64,000 bases of DNA from Octopus vulgaris (GCA_951406725.2 OX597823.1:11036001-11100000); one strand, 5' to 3'. Positions 41,501-59,704 are shown, numbered from the stretch's first letter. Notes: generated by a model not told the origin, from the letters alone. Made by a program: numbers and translations.

Positions 41501-42050
41501 TCAATCATGCACACACACACACAGAGGCAGGCACGCACGTATGTATTTAAGAAAAGCGCAACAGTTTTTCTAGTTTACTTTTAAGCCTTACCAAAGAGAA
41601 AACAGGTATTTCTTGAACGCTTAGGAGGAACACACGATAAAAGTAGAGAAGCAAAAACAATCAACAACATTAACAAACAGTAACAACTGCAACTACAACT
41701 GCAATAATAATAATAATAATAATAAAAAAAATCAATTGGTTACAGCGAAAAGAATTCAAGGAAATGTTTTCAAATTACAGATTACAATGTGATTAAAAGG
41801 AAAAAAGAAAAAAAAAAAGAAGAAATATTGAGAGCGAAGAGAAAAAAAAGATGTGGAGTATGATTAAGAAGGAAAGAAAAAAAAAGGGATTTCTTACATT
41901 TATGCTATCTTTTTTCTTTTTTTTTTATTTTGTAGAGTTTTTAATTTACTGCTTCTCTTTGGGGTAATTATTTACACAGCAAAAAAAAAACACAGGAGGA
42001 ATATAGACACACATACACACGCCTTCTCTCTTTCAGCCTCATACATACAC

Positions 42051-42408
<358 letters not shown>

Positions 42409-42855
42409 TTCCTTTTTTAAACATTCTCTCTCTATCTATCTCTCTCTCACACACACACACAAACGCATACTTCCTCTCAACACACATTCACGTATTCACA
42501 CGCATGCGCTAGTCACAGGCATACGCAGACACACGCACACACACACACAGACACACACACGCAGCGTATTTCAATTTATTTAGTTATATATATACATATA
42601 TTTATCAATCAATTTCCCCCCATGTATTTATTTATTTATTTATTTATCTATTTGTTGCACTTCTGTCTTTCCCTTTTTCCTTATTTTCGCTCTTGTTCGT
42701 TCAGTTTTCATTTCTCTGAAAGCCTGTTTTCCTCAACATCACTACCGCGACCGCGACCGCCACCACCACCACTATCTCTATTGCCTTCTTATTGCATTCT
42801 CCTCCCCTTTTTTCCTCCTCCTTCTACTACTACCACATATCTCTCTATCTCATTT

Positions 42856-42895
<40 letters not shown>

Positions 42896-42992
42896 ATTGC
42901 ATTGAATAATGATAGTGATGATGATTTTCTTTGCTCACCAAAACGGCCCAGGACTTTATGGACAACATAAAAAGATGCACACCACCATGCAG

Positions 42993-43066
<74 letters not shown>

Positions 43067-43936
43067 ACACATACATACATACACACAGGTACAAACATGC
43101 ATATATATATATATATACACACATACACACATCCGCATACACACACATACATGTTGTATCATAGCATAATCAGCAGCTTACAACCACTACTGCGACTGTT
43201 GTCATATTCAACAACTCATCGACTCCACCTCAAAATACAAGCTTCTGGATAAGTCAACCTTTTATATAACAAGGAAAACTGGAAGGCTCTTCTAACGCGT
43301 GGATTTAAAAAGAAAAAATATTTTTCAGTTTATATTATTTAAAAGAAAAAAGAACAAACAACTTTTTATATAATTTATTCGCTTAAAATATATATTTATT
43401 TACTTCTAGGCTTATTTATTTGTTCTTTCTTAAAAAAAAAGTCACTGGCTTCGTGAGGACATATCTTATACTTTATATGAGGACATATACTATATTGTCG
43501 TCTTAATCTTCCTCATCATCATCATCATCATCAACCATATTCCTATATATAAACTGTTTTACTTATGGTGATGTTGTGATATATATATATATATATATAT
43601 ATTTTTTGTTTTGGATTTTATTTCTTCTAAGTAAACAAATTTGACAACAAATATTTACTTTCACTTTCAAAACGATACGACAGAAAGAAGAGAAAAAACT
43701 ACATACATGCGTACATACACAAATACATATATACATACGCAAATACATATATATACGTGCATGCGTTGCATGCGTACATGTATACACGCACACGTACATG
43801 CATATAAATATGGTATGAGCATCTACATATGTGCCTGTGTATGTATGTATATATGTATGTGCGTATATATAGACATATACAGACATATATAGACATATAT
43901 ACATGACACTTATTTAAACTTAAACATATATATATA

Positions 43937-43974
<38 letters not shown>

Positions 43975-44036
43975 AACACACACACAGACAAATACATGCA
44001 TATATATGTATATGTAAATATATGCATACATATGTA

Positions 44037-44100
<64 letters not shown>

Positions 44101-44116
44101 ATATACATATATATAT

Positions 44117-44150
<34 letters not shown>

Positions 44151-44271
44151 GTCTACATTGATATACATACGTGTATATGTATATGTATGCATATATATAT
44201 ATATATATATGCACACACTCTCTTGCAAAACTTATACAGATGCACTCACACTCACACACCAATAAGCACAA

Positions 44272-44313
<42 letters not shown>

Positions 44314-44927
44314 ACATGCATATTACATACACACACGCACATCACAATAACCTAGTAAATAAAACAACAAAACTTTTAAAAGAAGGGAGAAAAAATAACA
44401 TTTGTTTTCTGATTGAACAAAATTATGGGATGTATAAAAAAAAGTATGGGATGGTATTTTCCTATTTGATGGTTAAAGAAAAAATAAAAGAAACAAAAAA
44501 AAACTAAAAAAAAAAAAGAAACAACATTTAAAATATTAATTTGTTATCTAAGTTCAACTTTTTTATTGTCTCTGTCAGTCTTTTAACTTTTATATCAGTT
44601 CTTTTCAGTTTTCTGAGAATGTTTAATAATTGACAAAATAATACCTCGTGGGGCCTTGGGATGCTTTACTACTGCGTGATGAGTTATGAGTTATGGCACT
44701 TAATGTTTCATGTTCAAATTCCATAATTTCATTAACTTTGCTTCTATTTTTTCCTGATTTTAATTGGATTAAAAAAAAAAAGAAAAAGGAAGAAATAACC
44801 ACTTGTATGGCATAGAGTGTAAAACAGTCACATCCACTACCTTATCCTATATATATATATATATATATATATAGATATATATATATAGATATATATATAT
44901 GCATATATATAGATGCATATATATATA

Positions 44928-44969
<42 letters not shown>

Positions 44970-44971
<2 letters not shown>

Positions 44972-45170
44972 GGAGTAAACACATAAATGTGAAATTAGGT
45001 GGAAAAAAGAGTACTCAAATACCAATGGTAGAGTAATATGCTTTATTTAAAGGCAGCAGAAAATTCAACAAAACCTGTTACTCTGAGTTTCCCGTTGCCG
45101 TTCATCAGACAGTTTTTGCTAGAAACTCAGAGTAACAGGTTTTGTTGAATTTTCTGCTGCTTTAAATAAA

Positions 45171-45171
<1 letters not shown>
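44970..45171 (-). mobile_element. Penelope-pLTR-like element with an inverted partial copy, inserted in (TA)n
   Basis: Inverted arms 45041-45091 and 45122-45171. Hammerhead followed by AATAAA on the minus strand. Confidence 0.7.
45069..45117 (-). ncRNA. Minimal type I hammerhead ribozyme
   Basis: AAAACUGU-CUGAUGA-A-CG-GCAA-CG-G-GAA-ACUC-A-GAGU-A-ACAGGUUUU. Core intact, GNRA-capped mini stem II, palindromic stem III and GUA triplet. A-G mismatch at the base of stem II. Confidence 0.8.
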
Positions 45172-45215
<44 letters not shown>

Positions 45216-45447
45216 TATGTGTGTATGTATGTATGTATATGTGAGGATGCAAATTCATACACTCACACACACACATATGAATGTGTGTATATGCATATAT
45301 ATATATATATATATATATATGCATATGTGTGTATAGAAATTCATACATGTATACACATATACATATATTTATATGTATATATACACACATACACATACAT
45401 GCATAGACACACACCTATATATATATGCTTATCTCTGTCTCTCTCTC

Positions 45448-45516
<69 letters not shown>

Positions 45517-45833
45517 TCATCATCATCTTATATATATATATATATATATATATAGGTAGATAGATAGATAGATATCAATACACACACATGCATACACAGA
45601 CACACACATATATACTTATCTATACGTATACATGTATATGTATATATGGGCATATATATATGTACATATGTGTGTGCGTGTATGCATGTATGTATATATG
45701 TATGTATAAAATTCTTGCCTAATTCAGAAATGATTACTCTTGTAATTATTAATTATATATTTATTATTATCAGAATTATTGCTGCTACTGTTGTTGTTGT
45801 GGTTGTTATTGTTGTTGTTGTTATTATTATTAA

Positions 45834-45893
<60 letters not shown>

Positions 45894-45902
45894 TATTATT
45901 AT

Positions 45903-46018
45903 TGAGTGAGAGAGCAGTTCATGCCATCAAAGTGACACTGGGGTAAAATATATGAAGCCCAATATACCCATCATGACTACCCGTCTGATAAAGGTACACC
46001 AGGCACATGCATCACAAC

Positions 46019-46021
<3 letters not shown>
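45903..46021 (-). mobile_element. Family E 3' fragment between (TTA)n tracts
   Basis: Reverse complement of 25285-25401. Confidence 0.85.
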
Positions 46022-46067
<46 letters not shown>

Positions 46068-46276
46068 TTTGGATTGGCAAAATCAAATATGACTTCAAAG
46101 TATTTTCTATATCTTCATATTTGGAGTTCAAATCCCACCAACTTCATCATTGACTTTCATCCTTTTTTGGTGTCCATAAAACCAACTGCTATTCTACTCC
46201 TGGGGGATGAATTGGATTGACTATTCCACTGTCTTCAAAGTTAATGGGCAGTCTTGTACCAAAATTTAAATGAATT

Positions 46277-46398
<122 letters not shown>

Positions 46399-46603
46399 CA
46401 TCATCATTAAGTTAGCAAGCTTGCAGGACAAAATGCTTATGAGCATTTCATTTGTCTTTATGCTCTGAGTTCAAATTCCATCGTGGTCAGCACTTTGAAG
46501 TCCATTAAATAAGTACAAGCTGGACACTGGCATTGATGTAATTGACTTATCCCATCCTCGAAAGTACCAGTCCTATGCCAAAATTTGAAGCCATTATTAT
46601 TAC

Positions 46604-47085
46604 TGAGTGAGAGAGCAGTGCATGCCATCAAAGTGACACTAGGGTAAAATATACGAAGTCCAATATACCCATCATGACTACCCGTCTGATAAGGGTACAC
46701 CAGGCACACGCATCACAACCAAATGTGTGCGACATGGTGACCCTATATCAGAATAAACAGCGCATGACCTTACAAATGGGGCCCAGTTAGAATTTTCTTC
46801 AGGTTGAGTAGGCCATCCCGCTCAAAAGGTCCCTGAATAAGGATTATTTAAGGATGTTGAAAGAACTACACATGTTTCCAGAGGTGAATTATTCAAACCC
46901 CAAAGAATCCTTCTCAACACATGGCTATGATGCTCCCCCATAACTTCTGATCGTGATCAGAGATGCACATATCGTCAGCCACTAAGGGACATGCTCAACT
47001 GGTTAAGGTCAAACAACTGACAAGCAAATCTGTGGTATTGAGCAGAATATCTGCTGTAGCCCAATTTTTATACCAAGACAAAACA
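46604..47085 (-). mobile_element. Family E copy
   Basis: Reverse complement of ~25632-26115. Confidence 0.88.
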
Positions 47086-47157
47086 ATTATTTATCATTGT
47101 TACTATTATTATTATCATCATTATTATCATCATCATTATTATCATTATTATTATTAT

Positions 47158-48186
<1,029 letters not shown>

Positions 48187-48194
48187 GATTAGTA

Positions 48195-48250
<56 letters not shown>

Positions 48251-48269
48251 CATGATAATAATAATAATG

Positions 48270-48315
<46 letters not shown>

Positions 48316-48470
48316 TAATAATAATGATGATGATAATAATAATAATAATCATTATTATTATTATGTTAATGCAGTCTTATATCAGATTGCAAAACATATG
48401 CCTTCTTTTGTGATGTCTTTCATATTTTTAAAACAGATTTTTGAAAAAAAATTTAATGAAAAAAATGAAA

Positions 48471-48578
<108 letters not shown>

Positions 48579-48775
48579 TGATGATAATAATAATAATAAT
48601 GATGATGATAATAATAATAATAATCATTATTATTATTATGTTAATGCAGTCTTATATCAGATTGCAAAACATATGCCTTCTTTTCTGATGTCTTTCATAT
48701 TTTTAAAACAGAATTTTTGGTAAGTAAATTTTTAAAACAGAAGAAATAAATGAGAGAGAGAAAGAGGGGAGGAGG

Positions 48776-48808
<33 letters not shown>

Positions 48809-49171
48809 GACAGAGATAGAAGAAAGGGGACAGAAAAAGCAGGAAATCATATTTTGTCTATATATGCATTCAGGAAAGTAAAACATAAATTGAAAAAATT
48901 TATCAAGTATATATATATATATATTGTTATTCTTCCTTGCTTATATATATATAGATTGTGTGTAAATATATTATTCTTGTCATTATTATTGATATTATTA
49001 ATATTCTTGTAATTTTTTTTTTGATGTTCTTGTTGGTGCTGTTGCTAAAATTATTATTACCATTCTTACTTTCTTGTGTGTAATTTCAAAAAAGAATTTT
49101 TGGTAAGTAAATTTTAAAACAGAAGACATAAATGAGATAGAGAGAAACCTGGAGGAGAGAGAATATTTTAG

Positions 49172-49219
<48 letters not shown>

Positions 49220-49387
49220 CAGAGATAGAAGAAAGGAGACGGAAAAAACAGGAAATCATATTGGGTACACGATGATAGCTTAGGGAAAAGTGAGGCACAT
49301 TAGGAAGCAAATCTTACATATTATATATATATATATATATATGCATATATAAATACATATATATAACTGTGTGTAAATATATATATG

Positions 49388-49433
<46 letters not shown>

Positions 49434-49444
49434 TGTATATATAT

Positions 49445-49484
<40 letters not shown>

Positions 49485-49890
49485 CATGTATATATATACA
49501 TATATACACATATACATATTTATATACACACATGCATATATACATATACACAAGCATAAACATATACTCATATACATAAATGAGTATAGGTGCATATATA
49601 TATTTGCGTTTATGTATATATAATGCAAATACATATATTGCTTTTGTGTATATATATTTTTATACAAGTACATATACATATATCTATACATATATATCTA
49701 TCTATCTATCTATATATATATATATGTATATATATATGTACATATATATACCCACATATATATATATATGCATATATATACATACATATGTATGTATGTA
49801 TATATATATACAGATATATATATGTATACATATATATGTATGTATACATATATATATATACATATATATATGTATATATATATATGTATG

Positions 49891-49939
<49 letters not shown>

Positions 49940-50170
49940 GTATATATATACATCCGTTGTATGTATATATTTATTTCTATCAATATATTTTACATATGAC
50001 TATGTGGTTAACAATCTCACATAGCAACCACTTGGTTTTTGGTTCAGTCCCAGCGCCCAACACTTTGAGCAAGTGTCCTGTATTATAAGCCCTGGGGTTT
50101 CCAATACATCGTGAGTGAACTTCCTAGATGGAAACTATGCAGAACCACATTATATGTGTGTGTGTGTGTG

Positions 50171-50214
<44 letters not shown>

Positions 50215-51887
50215 ATTTAAATATTTATAGGCTAAACTGGCAAAATGACCATTCCGAAATATAACAATATATATATATATATATTTATATATATATGTGT
50301 GTGTGTATTTGTGTATGTATGTATGTATGTATGTATGTATGTATGTATATAGTCATATGGAGAGATAGATAGAGATAGATATATGTATATATGATTATAT
50401 ATAATATATATAAATATAATATATATCATGTAACTTTTATATATATATACAAATATATGTATGTATGCAAATATATGTATTTATACATATATATATATAT
50501 ATTTGTATATAAATATATATATGTATATATTTATATATATACAAGTATATGTATTCAAGTATATATATATTATATATTATATATATATATATATATATGC
50601 ATGCATATAAGTATGTACATACTTATATGTGAATGGGCCTGTATATTATAGTTCATATTATACAATGTGTATTATGTAACGTATATCTTGACATTATGTA
50701 AGGGCTGAGAGAAAGAAAAATATTATTTAGGCCTGATTTATAGTGACAAGACATAATGTGAGAGGGAAAGAGACAGAGTAAAGGAAACAGAGAGAGGGAG
50801 GGTGGGACAGTGAGTGTGACGAGGGAAATGGAAAGAACATACGTGTATGCGTGTGTTTGAGTGCGTGTGTGTGAGTGCGCGTGAGTGTGAGTGTGTGTGT
50901 GTATGTGTATGTGTGCACGCGTGTGCGCTGGCAAGTGTGTGTGCATGTGTACGTGTGTGTGTACACACTCGCATGCGCGCCCGCAATGCTTTAAAAGCTG
51001 CAAGAAATAATGTCAGTGTGTGTGTGTGTCTGTGTGTATGTGTGTGTGTGTGTGTGCGTGCGTGTGTGTGTGTGTGCGTGCGTGTGTGTGTGTGTGTGTG
51101 TGTGTTTTGCCTGTGTGTCATTTTTAGAAATTAGATGACAGTGTTTGTGTGTGCATAAGGGGGTTTAATCTATTAGAACGAGTGTATAAAAAAGATTTCG
51201 TGCTCAAATATGAGAGAGAAAAGGGAGTATGGAAATGCAGTGGGGGGGGGGAAAGATGTAGAGAATGCTGAAGATAATGTATATTTGAAAGAGTGTGACA
51301 GACAGAATGATGGAGGTGCATGAGAGAGAGAGAGAGAGAGGGTGAGGAAAATGCATTTGGGAGAGTGAATTGATATGGTTGTAGAAAAGTGTCTATGAGA
51401 AGAAGGGGAGCCTGTGAATAGTTCTGTAGGAATTTGTTGTGAGTGTATGTGTTCGTATGAGTGCGTGTACGTGTGCGCGTATCTCTATGTCTGACTGTGC
51501 TTGTGTAAAACGGAGTGAGTGCGAAAGACATAGAAAGTGTATGCATGTATGTATATGTATGTATGCACACACACACATATGGATGTATATATATACACAT
51601 ATATATATTCATAAATATATACGTATTGTATATATATGGTGGGGAAGGGCGTTGTTCTAGTGTGTGAGTGACTGTGTGTAAATGTGAGTGTATATATATA
51701 TATATATATATACACATATATATATATTTTTATATACACACACACATATATATACATACATACATACATACTTACATAATATATGAATACACACATACAT
51801 ACATACATACATACATACATACATAAATACATACATATATATGTGCGTGTATAGATATGTATATATGCATGTATACATATATGTATG

Positions 51888-51940
<53 letters not shown>

Positions 51941-51963
51941 AGAGACATTATTGGATTTATTAT

Positions 51964-51998
<35 letters not shown>

Positions 51999-52090
51999 TG
52001 TGTCTGTATGTATGTATGTCTGTATGTATATATATATGTATGTAGGTCCAACCCATGCCAGCATGGAAAACGGATGCTAAATGATGACGA

Positions 52091-52141
<51 letters not shown>

Positions 52142-55039
52142 TAGACACATGTATGTATGTATGTATGTATGTATATATGTATGTACGTACGTACGTATGT
52201 ATGTATGTATGTGTGAATGATTGTATGTACGCATGTATGTATGCATGAATGCATGCATATGTAAGGTGCGCTTGAAAGAGAGCGAGTGGTTGCACGTATG
52301 TGTGTATGTCAAGTGAACACATCCAAGTACAACCGCCACTGCGTTATACTCCCTACAACTGCTACCTTCCAAAGCAATACAGCGGAGTGATATGAATAGA
52401 CGACATTCATTTGTCGTCTCTTTTTGCTTTTCTTTTTGCTTTTTCCTTTTTCTTTTTCTTTTTTTTTTTTTGCCTTTTTTCCTTTGCAAGCAAACAAAAA
52501 TTTCCGCATATATTTATTCATTAAATTAACAACGAAAAACAGTCTTTTACCGTAAATATAAAAATTTTCTCGTCAAGGAATACAAATGTTACTTAGATCC
52601 GATTCATTGGAAGATAGAAAATGTTGTTTCAATTTTCCTCACTGGACTATTTTGCTCTGCCTCTTATATTTATTTATCAACTCTAAATTCTCCTCCCCCT
52701 CTTCCTCGTCTTTCTACTCCAGTTCTTTCTTCTCTGTCGCTCTGATTTATCCAGTTTCCCCTAATTCTCCCTCTTTTTCTCTTTCTCTCTTTATCTCTCT
52801 GTCTCTCCATTTCTCTCTCTGTGTCTCTCTCCATTTCTCTCTGTATATATAAAGAGAGAGGGAGAGAGAGAGGAAGATATATTTATGTATACATATATAT
52901 GTATATATATGTATATATATTTCTCTCTCTTTTTCTTTATCTCTTTCCCTTTCTTTTTTCTCCCTTCTTTTTCTCTCTGCCTTTCTTTTTCTCTTATTTC
53001 CCCCCTTTCATTAAAACAGTTCCTATCCATTTACTCTACCCGCTACTCAATCTTCAACGTCACTTTCCATTCTTGTACCTTCCCCTTTTTACTTCCTCCT
53101 CCTGCAGCCACCACCAATACATAATCTCACTCTTTCCCTTTGATTCTCTCTGTCTCTCTCTGTCTCTCTCTCTATCTGTCACCCTCCGTCTCTGTCTCTT
53201 TACGTGTAAACTCACCCTCCCTGTCTCTCTCTCTCTCTTTCTTTCTCTCTCTCTCTATCTGTCACCCTCCGTCTCTGTCTCTTTACGTGTAAACTCACCC
53301 TCCCTGTCTCTCGTTCACTCATTCTCTTTCGTCCTCTCTGTATCAACCTTGCTAAATCTTCATTCCCCCCTTTCTACCACTTTCTCCTCCTCCTCCCCAT
53401 CCTGCTCCTGCTCCTGCCACCGTGACTCTCAGCTCTCCTCCTCCTTCTCCTCCTCCTGCTGCACCTTCTTCCTCTGTGTTCGCCTTTGGAAGATTTTACT
53501 CCGCAAAGACGTTAAACTGTGCATTGAAATTGGACTTCGTTCTATTGGACCTAGGCGTATCTTTTTTTTTTCCTGACCAGGAAAAAAAACTGTTCTTCTT
53601 ATTTAAAGATACGATCGGGGTAAGTAAATAAAACAACCCTCCCCCCACTCAAAAAAAAAAAAAAAAAAAAAAGAAAAAATAACCCCCCAAAAACTCAACC
53701 ATAAAAAAATTTTTTCAAAAAATAAAAAAAAATATACAAGAAAATTTGCAAACAGAGCATTATGGTTCTTGTTATACATACATACATTTATATACACCCT
53801 CACATTTACTATATATATATATATACACACATACATACATACATACATTCATACATACATACATACATACACACATACATACAGACATATGTATATATAT
53901 CAGCAGTTACATAGATACACTCAAGGGAAATATATATTAACACAAAAATTACATCAAGAAAAAATCAATGAAAGTGTTTTATATCATTTACAATTATTCA
54001 TTTATTATCAATTATTATTATGATTATTATCATTATGTCTTGTTTTTTTAATGTTTTCTTACACTACCGACCTTTTATTCTGATGGACGATGTCCATCAC
54101 ACTTGTGTCGTCTGCTTTCTTCCATTTATTTTGTTCTTTTTAAACAACAACAAAAAGCCCCCCAGAAAATAACCATTCCGCGGTTGTCGCTCCTTTAAAT
54201 GACCACCACTAACTACTTCATACTTTAATTTTATCAAATATAATTTAAAGAAGATGAAGAAACTATATACATATATATATATATATGTATGTATATATAT
54301 CGAATTGCTGCCGAAGAAATTTCCATTGAAATTATATACCATATATCGCATATAGATAGATATGATATTCTGAGTTCCGAGTCTTCTAAACTTAGATATA
54401 TATATATATATATATATTCTTTTTGCTTCGTTCATTCATTCTCACGGGAATAAAAGTGTGTGAGTGTTAAATTGACTACGTTTTTGTCACAATTTGTGTG
54501 TGTGTTTACCACCATCATTGCCACCACCACTCTATACTTTCTTTATTATCTATATATATTTATCTATCCCTGGGTCTTTCTTATCATCTCTCTCTCTCTC
54601 AGCTTCGCTTATTCTTTTAGTCTCTAGTTTTATCTCTTTCTTCTCCCTTCGCCTGCTCCTTCTGTCTGTCTTTCTCTCTCGCTCATTGTCAGTTTCCTTT
54701 CACTATCTCTATGCCTCAGTGTGTGTGTGTCTGTGTGTGCATGTGTACGTGTGTATTTCTGTGTATGTGTGTGTTTTGTGTACGTGTGTATTTCTCTGTG
54801 TGTGTGTGTGTATGTGTGTTTTCTGTACGTGTGTATTTCTGTGTGCGTGTGTTTTTTGTGTACGTGTGTATTTCTCTGTGTGTGTGTGTGTGTGTGTGTG
54901 TGTATTATACTTATTACTTCCCCCCCACCTCCCTGTCTACTCTTCATTAACAATTTTCTTCCTTTACTGTCTCTAGTTTTCCACACGAAATCACTTTGAA
55001 ATGTCGATTTGTTGCCTTATACATACATACATAAATAAA

Positions 55040-55081
<42 letters not shown>

Positions 55082-55210
55082 AGCATATACATACATAAAT
55101 AAATGCATATATATACACACACACACACAGACACAATCATATACATTCATACATACATACATGTGTCCATATATCCATAAAGTGAAAGTGTTGCTGTTGC
55201 TGCTGATTTT

Positions 55211-55247
<37 letters not shown>

Positions 55248-55413
55248 GTTGTCTTTATCAGCTAAGATTGAATGAAAATAAATATGAAAGTCGAAACAGA
55301 GAAAGACATTGATTAATAAATAAACCGTTTCTGGCTGTGTGGGTTGTGTCTATAAGTGTATTAGTGTGTGTGTCACCTATATGGGAGTATTGGTGTATAA
55401 ATGAGTATGTATG

Positions 55414-55472
<59 letters not shown>

Positions 55473-55501
55473 ATGGGAGTATTGGTGTATAAATGAGTAT
55501 G

Positions 55502-55546
<45 letters not shown>

Positions 55547-55573
55547 GGGAGTATTGGTGTATAAATGAGTATG

Positions 55574-55625
<52 letters not shown>

Positions 55626-55657
55626 ATATTTGGGAATAATAGTGGTTTTATCTCTAA

Positions 55658-55715
<58 letters not shown>

Positions 55716-56171
55716 TGTGCCACTGAATGTGTGTGTAAAGTGAAAATAGAATTCTATCTCACTGGACAAAACTAAACTGAGAGAATTATTTATTGCTGGT
55801 CGTCAGATAATATTAATTAGGTAAACATCAATTTACCTTCTATCATATATAGATAGATATAAAATAGATATACTTCAGACACTCACACACACACTCTGTC
55901 TGTCACACACACGTGTGTGTGTGTGTGTGTGTGTGTTCAAAGTGTATCCCACTGAAAGGATGTTTGGTTGCCACCGGTCAGGATCGATCTGGCTTCTAAT
56001 TCATCCCTTCTAAGGCTCATACGACAGGTATCAGTAATAATATACTTAGGCTTAGTTCAAACGATTTACCTGTCCCCTTAAAAAAATTAATACATTTGAT
56101 CGTTGTCAGACATTAACTTAAATACTGTCAACATAAACAAACACACACACACAACCGACCCCCTCTTCTCT

Positions 56172-56208
<37 letters not shown>

Positions 56209-57049
56209 CCTGCAGAAGTTCACCTCCACCTTCTTATGACAACAAATATATCAATTTTCATTTTATCATTAAAGTACCAGTGATGCACTTGGGTCTGTTC
56301 TTCACTGGAACCTACTCCATCTGATTTACATCATCATCATCATCATCATCTGTCGTAATTATTTACCATTACTATCAACATTATCATTATTAATTAATTA
56401 ACTTGAAGACTAGTTTCTTTCCTTTCGTTTCCTGTATTGTTTGTGTAAGTGTATAGATAGATGTGTGCTTGTAAATGTGGATGTGACGACCATATACTGT
56501 ATCGCACACACACACACACACATACACACGTGTGTGTGTGTATAGACTCAACTCTATACATGCATACATACATACATGCATACATACAAACATACGTATA
56601 ACCTTTAAAGAATTGATAACTGCATTGTGGTGCTATTGTTTATGTGGTATCTGATGGTAGTGGTTGTAAGGAGGCTGGCAGTGGCGGTAGTAGTTGCATC
56701 AATGGTAGTGGTGACGGTGGCAGTAGACGGATATCAGCAGTGGTGGTTGCAGTGGTAGACGTAGTGGTTTCACTGGGAGTGACGGTGGTAGTTGTTCGGT
56801 TGTAATTGTGGTGGTAGGCTATTGGTACTTGGAGTGGTAATGGAAGTGGTAGTGGTAGGTGTAATAGTAGCAGTAATAGTAGTAGCAGTGTTGATAGTGA
56901 TGGTCGTGGTGGTGGTGATAGTAGTAGTAGTAGTAGTAGTAGCAGTGTTGATGATTTTAAAATAAGAATAATAATTAGAAATAATTAATTGCAATAATAA
57001 TTGATGGTGAAGGGGGATGGACAACGAGGAAAAACGAAGGTAGTGGTAC

Positions 57050-57099
<50 letters not shown>

Positions 57100-57103
57100 G
57101 TGT

Positions 57104-57150
<47 letters not shown>

Positions 57151-57284
57151 GTAAAAATAATTATTATAATGATGATTAGGCACGGACGAATTACTTTTGC
57201 TTTGATGAAAGTAAATTAAAACGGGGTGTTTATTTTTTTATTGTTCCTGAAAATACGTTTTTTTTTAAAATTTTTTTTTGTAAG

Positions 57285-57315
<31 letters not shown>

Positions 57316-57873
57316 ATATATATGTAATATATTTATGAATATGTATGTAACAAAATTAAGGCCATTTTGATGGCAGTTGCCATTAAGGAGTAAAAATTTG
57401 TTGGACTCAACTGCTTAAGTTTATATGAATATTTGATATAAATTGATCTTGGTATCATATTTATCTGATGCTAGTTCCCTATTAACTAGCCTCCCTTACT
57501 TTCATCCACTGATCCTTCCACCTTTCTACTTGATCCTTTCTACTTATGAGCTGATCCTCAATTCTTATTATGTGATCCTACCTAGGTTCTTATCTTGATC
57601 TCAGTTCTTTAAAAGTCTGCTCCTTCTTACATTAATAACCAATTTCTAGTTCCTGATTAGCTGATACAACTTATTAGCTAATCTTATCTATTAACATATG
57701 AATATATCAACTCCAGTTCTCTTCTCAATATTGTGGAAGTACCTGTTCAGTGAAATATAATGATGTATTTAGCAAAGACTTGCATCAGACCAATTAGAAT
57801 TTTTAGCATCATTTGCGAAACATATCATGTAGAAAGAACCACAAGTTATATTTTTTAAAACGAAATTCCAAGT

Positions 57874-57944
<71 letters not shown>

Positions 57945-58548
57945 AAGTATATGTGTATACATGTATGTATGTATGTATGTATGTATGTACGTATGTATGT
58001 ATGTATGTATGTATGTATGTATGTATGTATGTATGTATGTATGTGTGTATGCTTGTCTGTCTATCTGTCTATTTAGCTGTGTGTACGTATGTATAGTGAC
58101 TCTGGGTTGTTTTGGTTTCCGCTGTTTTTTTCAAAAAATAACATATATATATAAGTATAAATTATAAAGATACTTTATTTTATGTTATTAAAGAGCTTTT
58201 AGCGAGCCACTGGCTTTATTCAAAAATATTTAACATAACCGTAATTTATGTGTGTGAGAGAGAGAGAGAGAAACTGGAATATCTTATAAGACTCTTCTAA
58301 GTCCATCCCTTTTGGAATGTTTTTATTTTCTTGGAATGAATCACACAATGTCTTAAAAGTATTTTATTATAGTAATTGTTGTTGTGAAAAATGAATTGTT
58401 GTTGTAAAACAGTTTCGGTATTAGAAATGATATTGCTTTTAGATTGGAGAAAGTTACCATCTTCTTTTGCTAGTTTTGTGCCGATAATGTATTCAGGTTA
58501 GCTCATCCACACAAATAAATACGCACGCACGCACGCACGCGCGCGCAT

Positions 58549-58586
<38 letters not shown>

Positions 58587-58715
58587 GCGCACAGGCACGC
58601 ACACGCATACGCACGCTGGCACACGCATACGCACGCACGCACGCACACACACGCGCATACACAGACTGACACTGACGTGCATAATTTTATCCACTGTAGA
58701 TGAGAGAGAGGGGGG

Positions 58716-58747
<32 letters not shown>

Positions 58748-59657
58748 CGAAAACAGGGGAAGTGAATGCGCGCGCGCGCGTGTCAGAAAGAAAGAAAGAG
58801 AGAGAGAGAGAGACAAAAACAGGGGAAGTGAATGCGTGTGCGCGCGCGTGTCAGAAAGAAAGAAAGAAAGATAAGCATGACAAAAGGAAGAGGGAGGTGA
58901 ACGGAACGAAGGAAGAATGTGTGTATGTATGCGTATGCATGTATTTCTGTGTGTGTGTGTGTGTATGTGTGTGAGACAGAGAGAGAGAGAGAGAGAGAGA
59001 GGGAGGGAAAGGGAGAGCTGAGAAGAGAGAGAGAGAGAGCGAAATAAAGATCGCGTGCGTGTGTGGTATAATATCTACAGAGGGTGACTTGATCAGCAGA
59101 GCGCACACACAAACACAGTGTTAATGATATGAATGACAAGTTGTGCTGGCAAATCTCTTCCTAGTTTATTGGCAAATGACAAATCGGATTAAATCTATCT
59201 AACAGATTACAATTATACAATTTACATCTTGATTTCGATGCAGTTTAAATTAATCTCATCAATAAAAAATAATAATAAAAGTTTATTTCCTAAAAATATC
59301 AAATTATATTTTTATATTTCAATTTTTTTTTTTTTCCTAAATTGTTTTTTTTTTTATAACACGACTTCTAAATCAAATATTTTGAAAGTAAATTACATTT
59401 CTAGTATGTGCATAAAAGTTTAACATTCCATGAAAATAACACTGATTAAAGTTTAATTTAAATTGAGATATTTCACCTGAAGACTATTTTCTTTATACAC
59501 ATATATACGCGCGTGTGAATGTATACCATACATGTGTATGTGTATGTATGCATATACATATATATCTATATATACTCATATATACATATATCTATATATA
59601 TCATCATCATCATCGTTTAACGTCCGTGATGATATATATAGATATATGTATATATGA

Positions 59658-59704
<47 letters not shown>

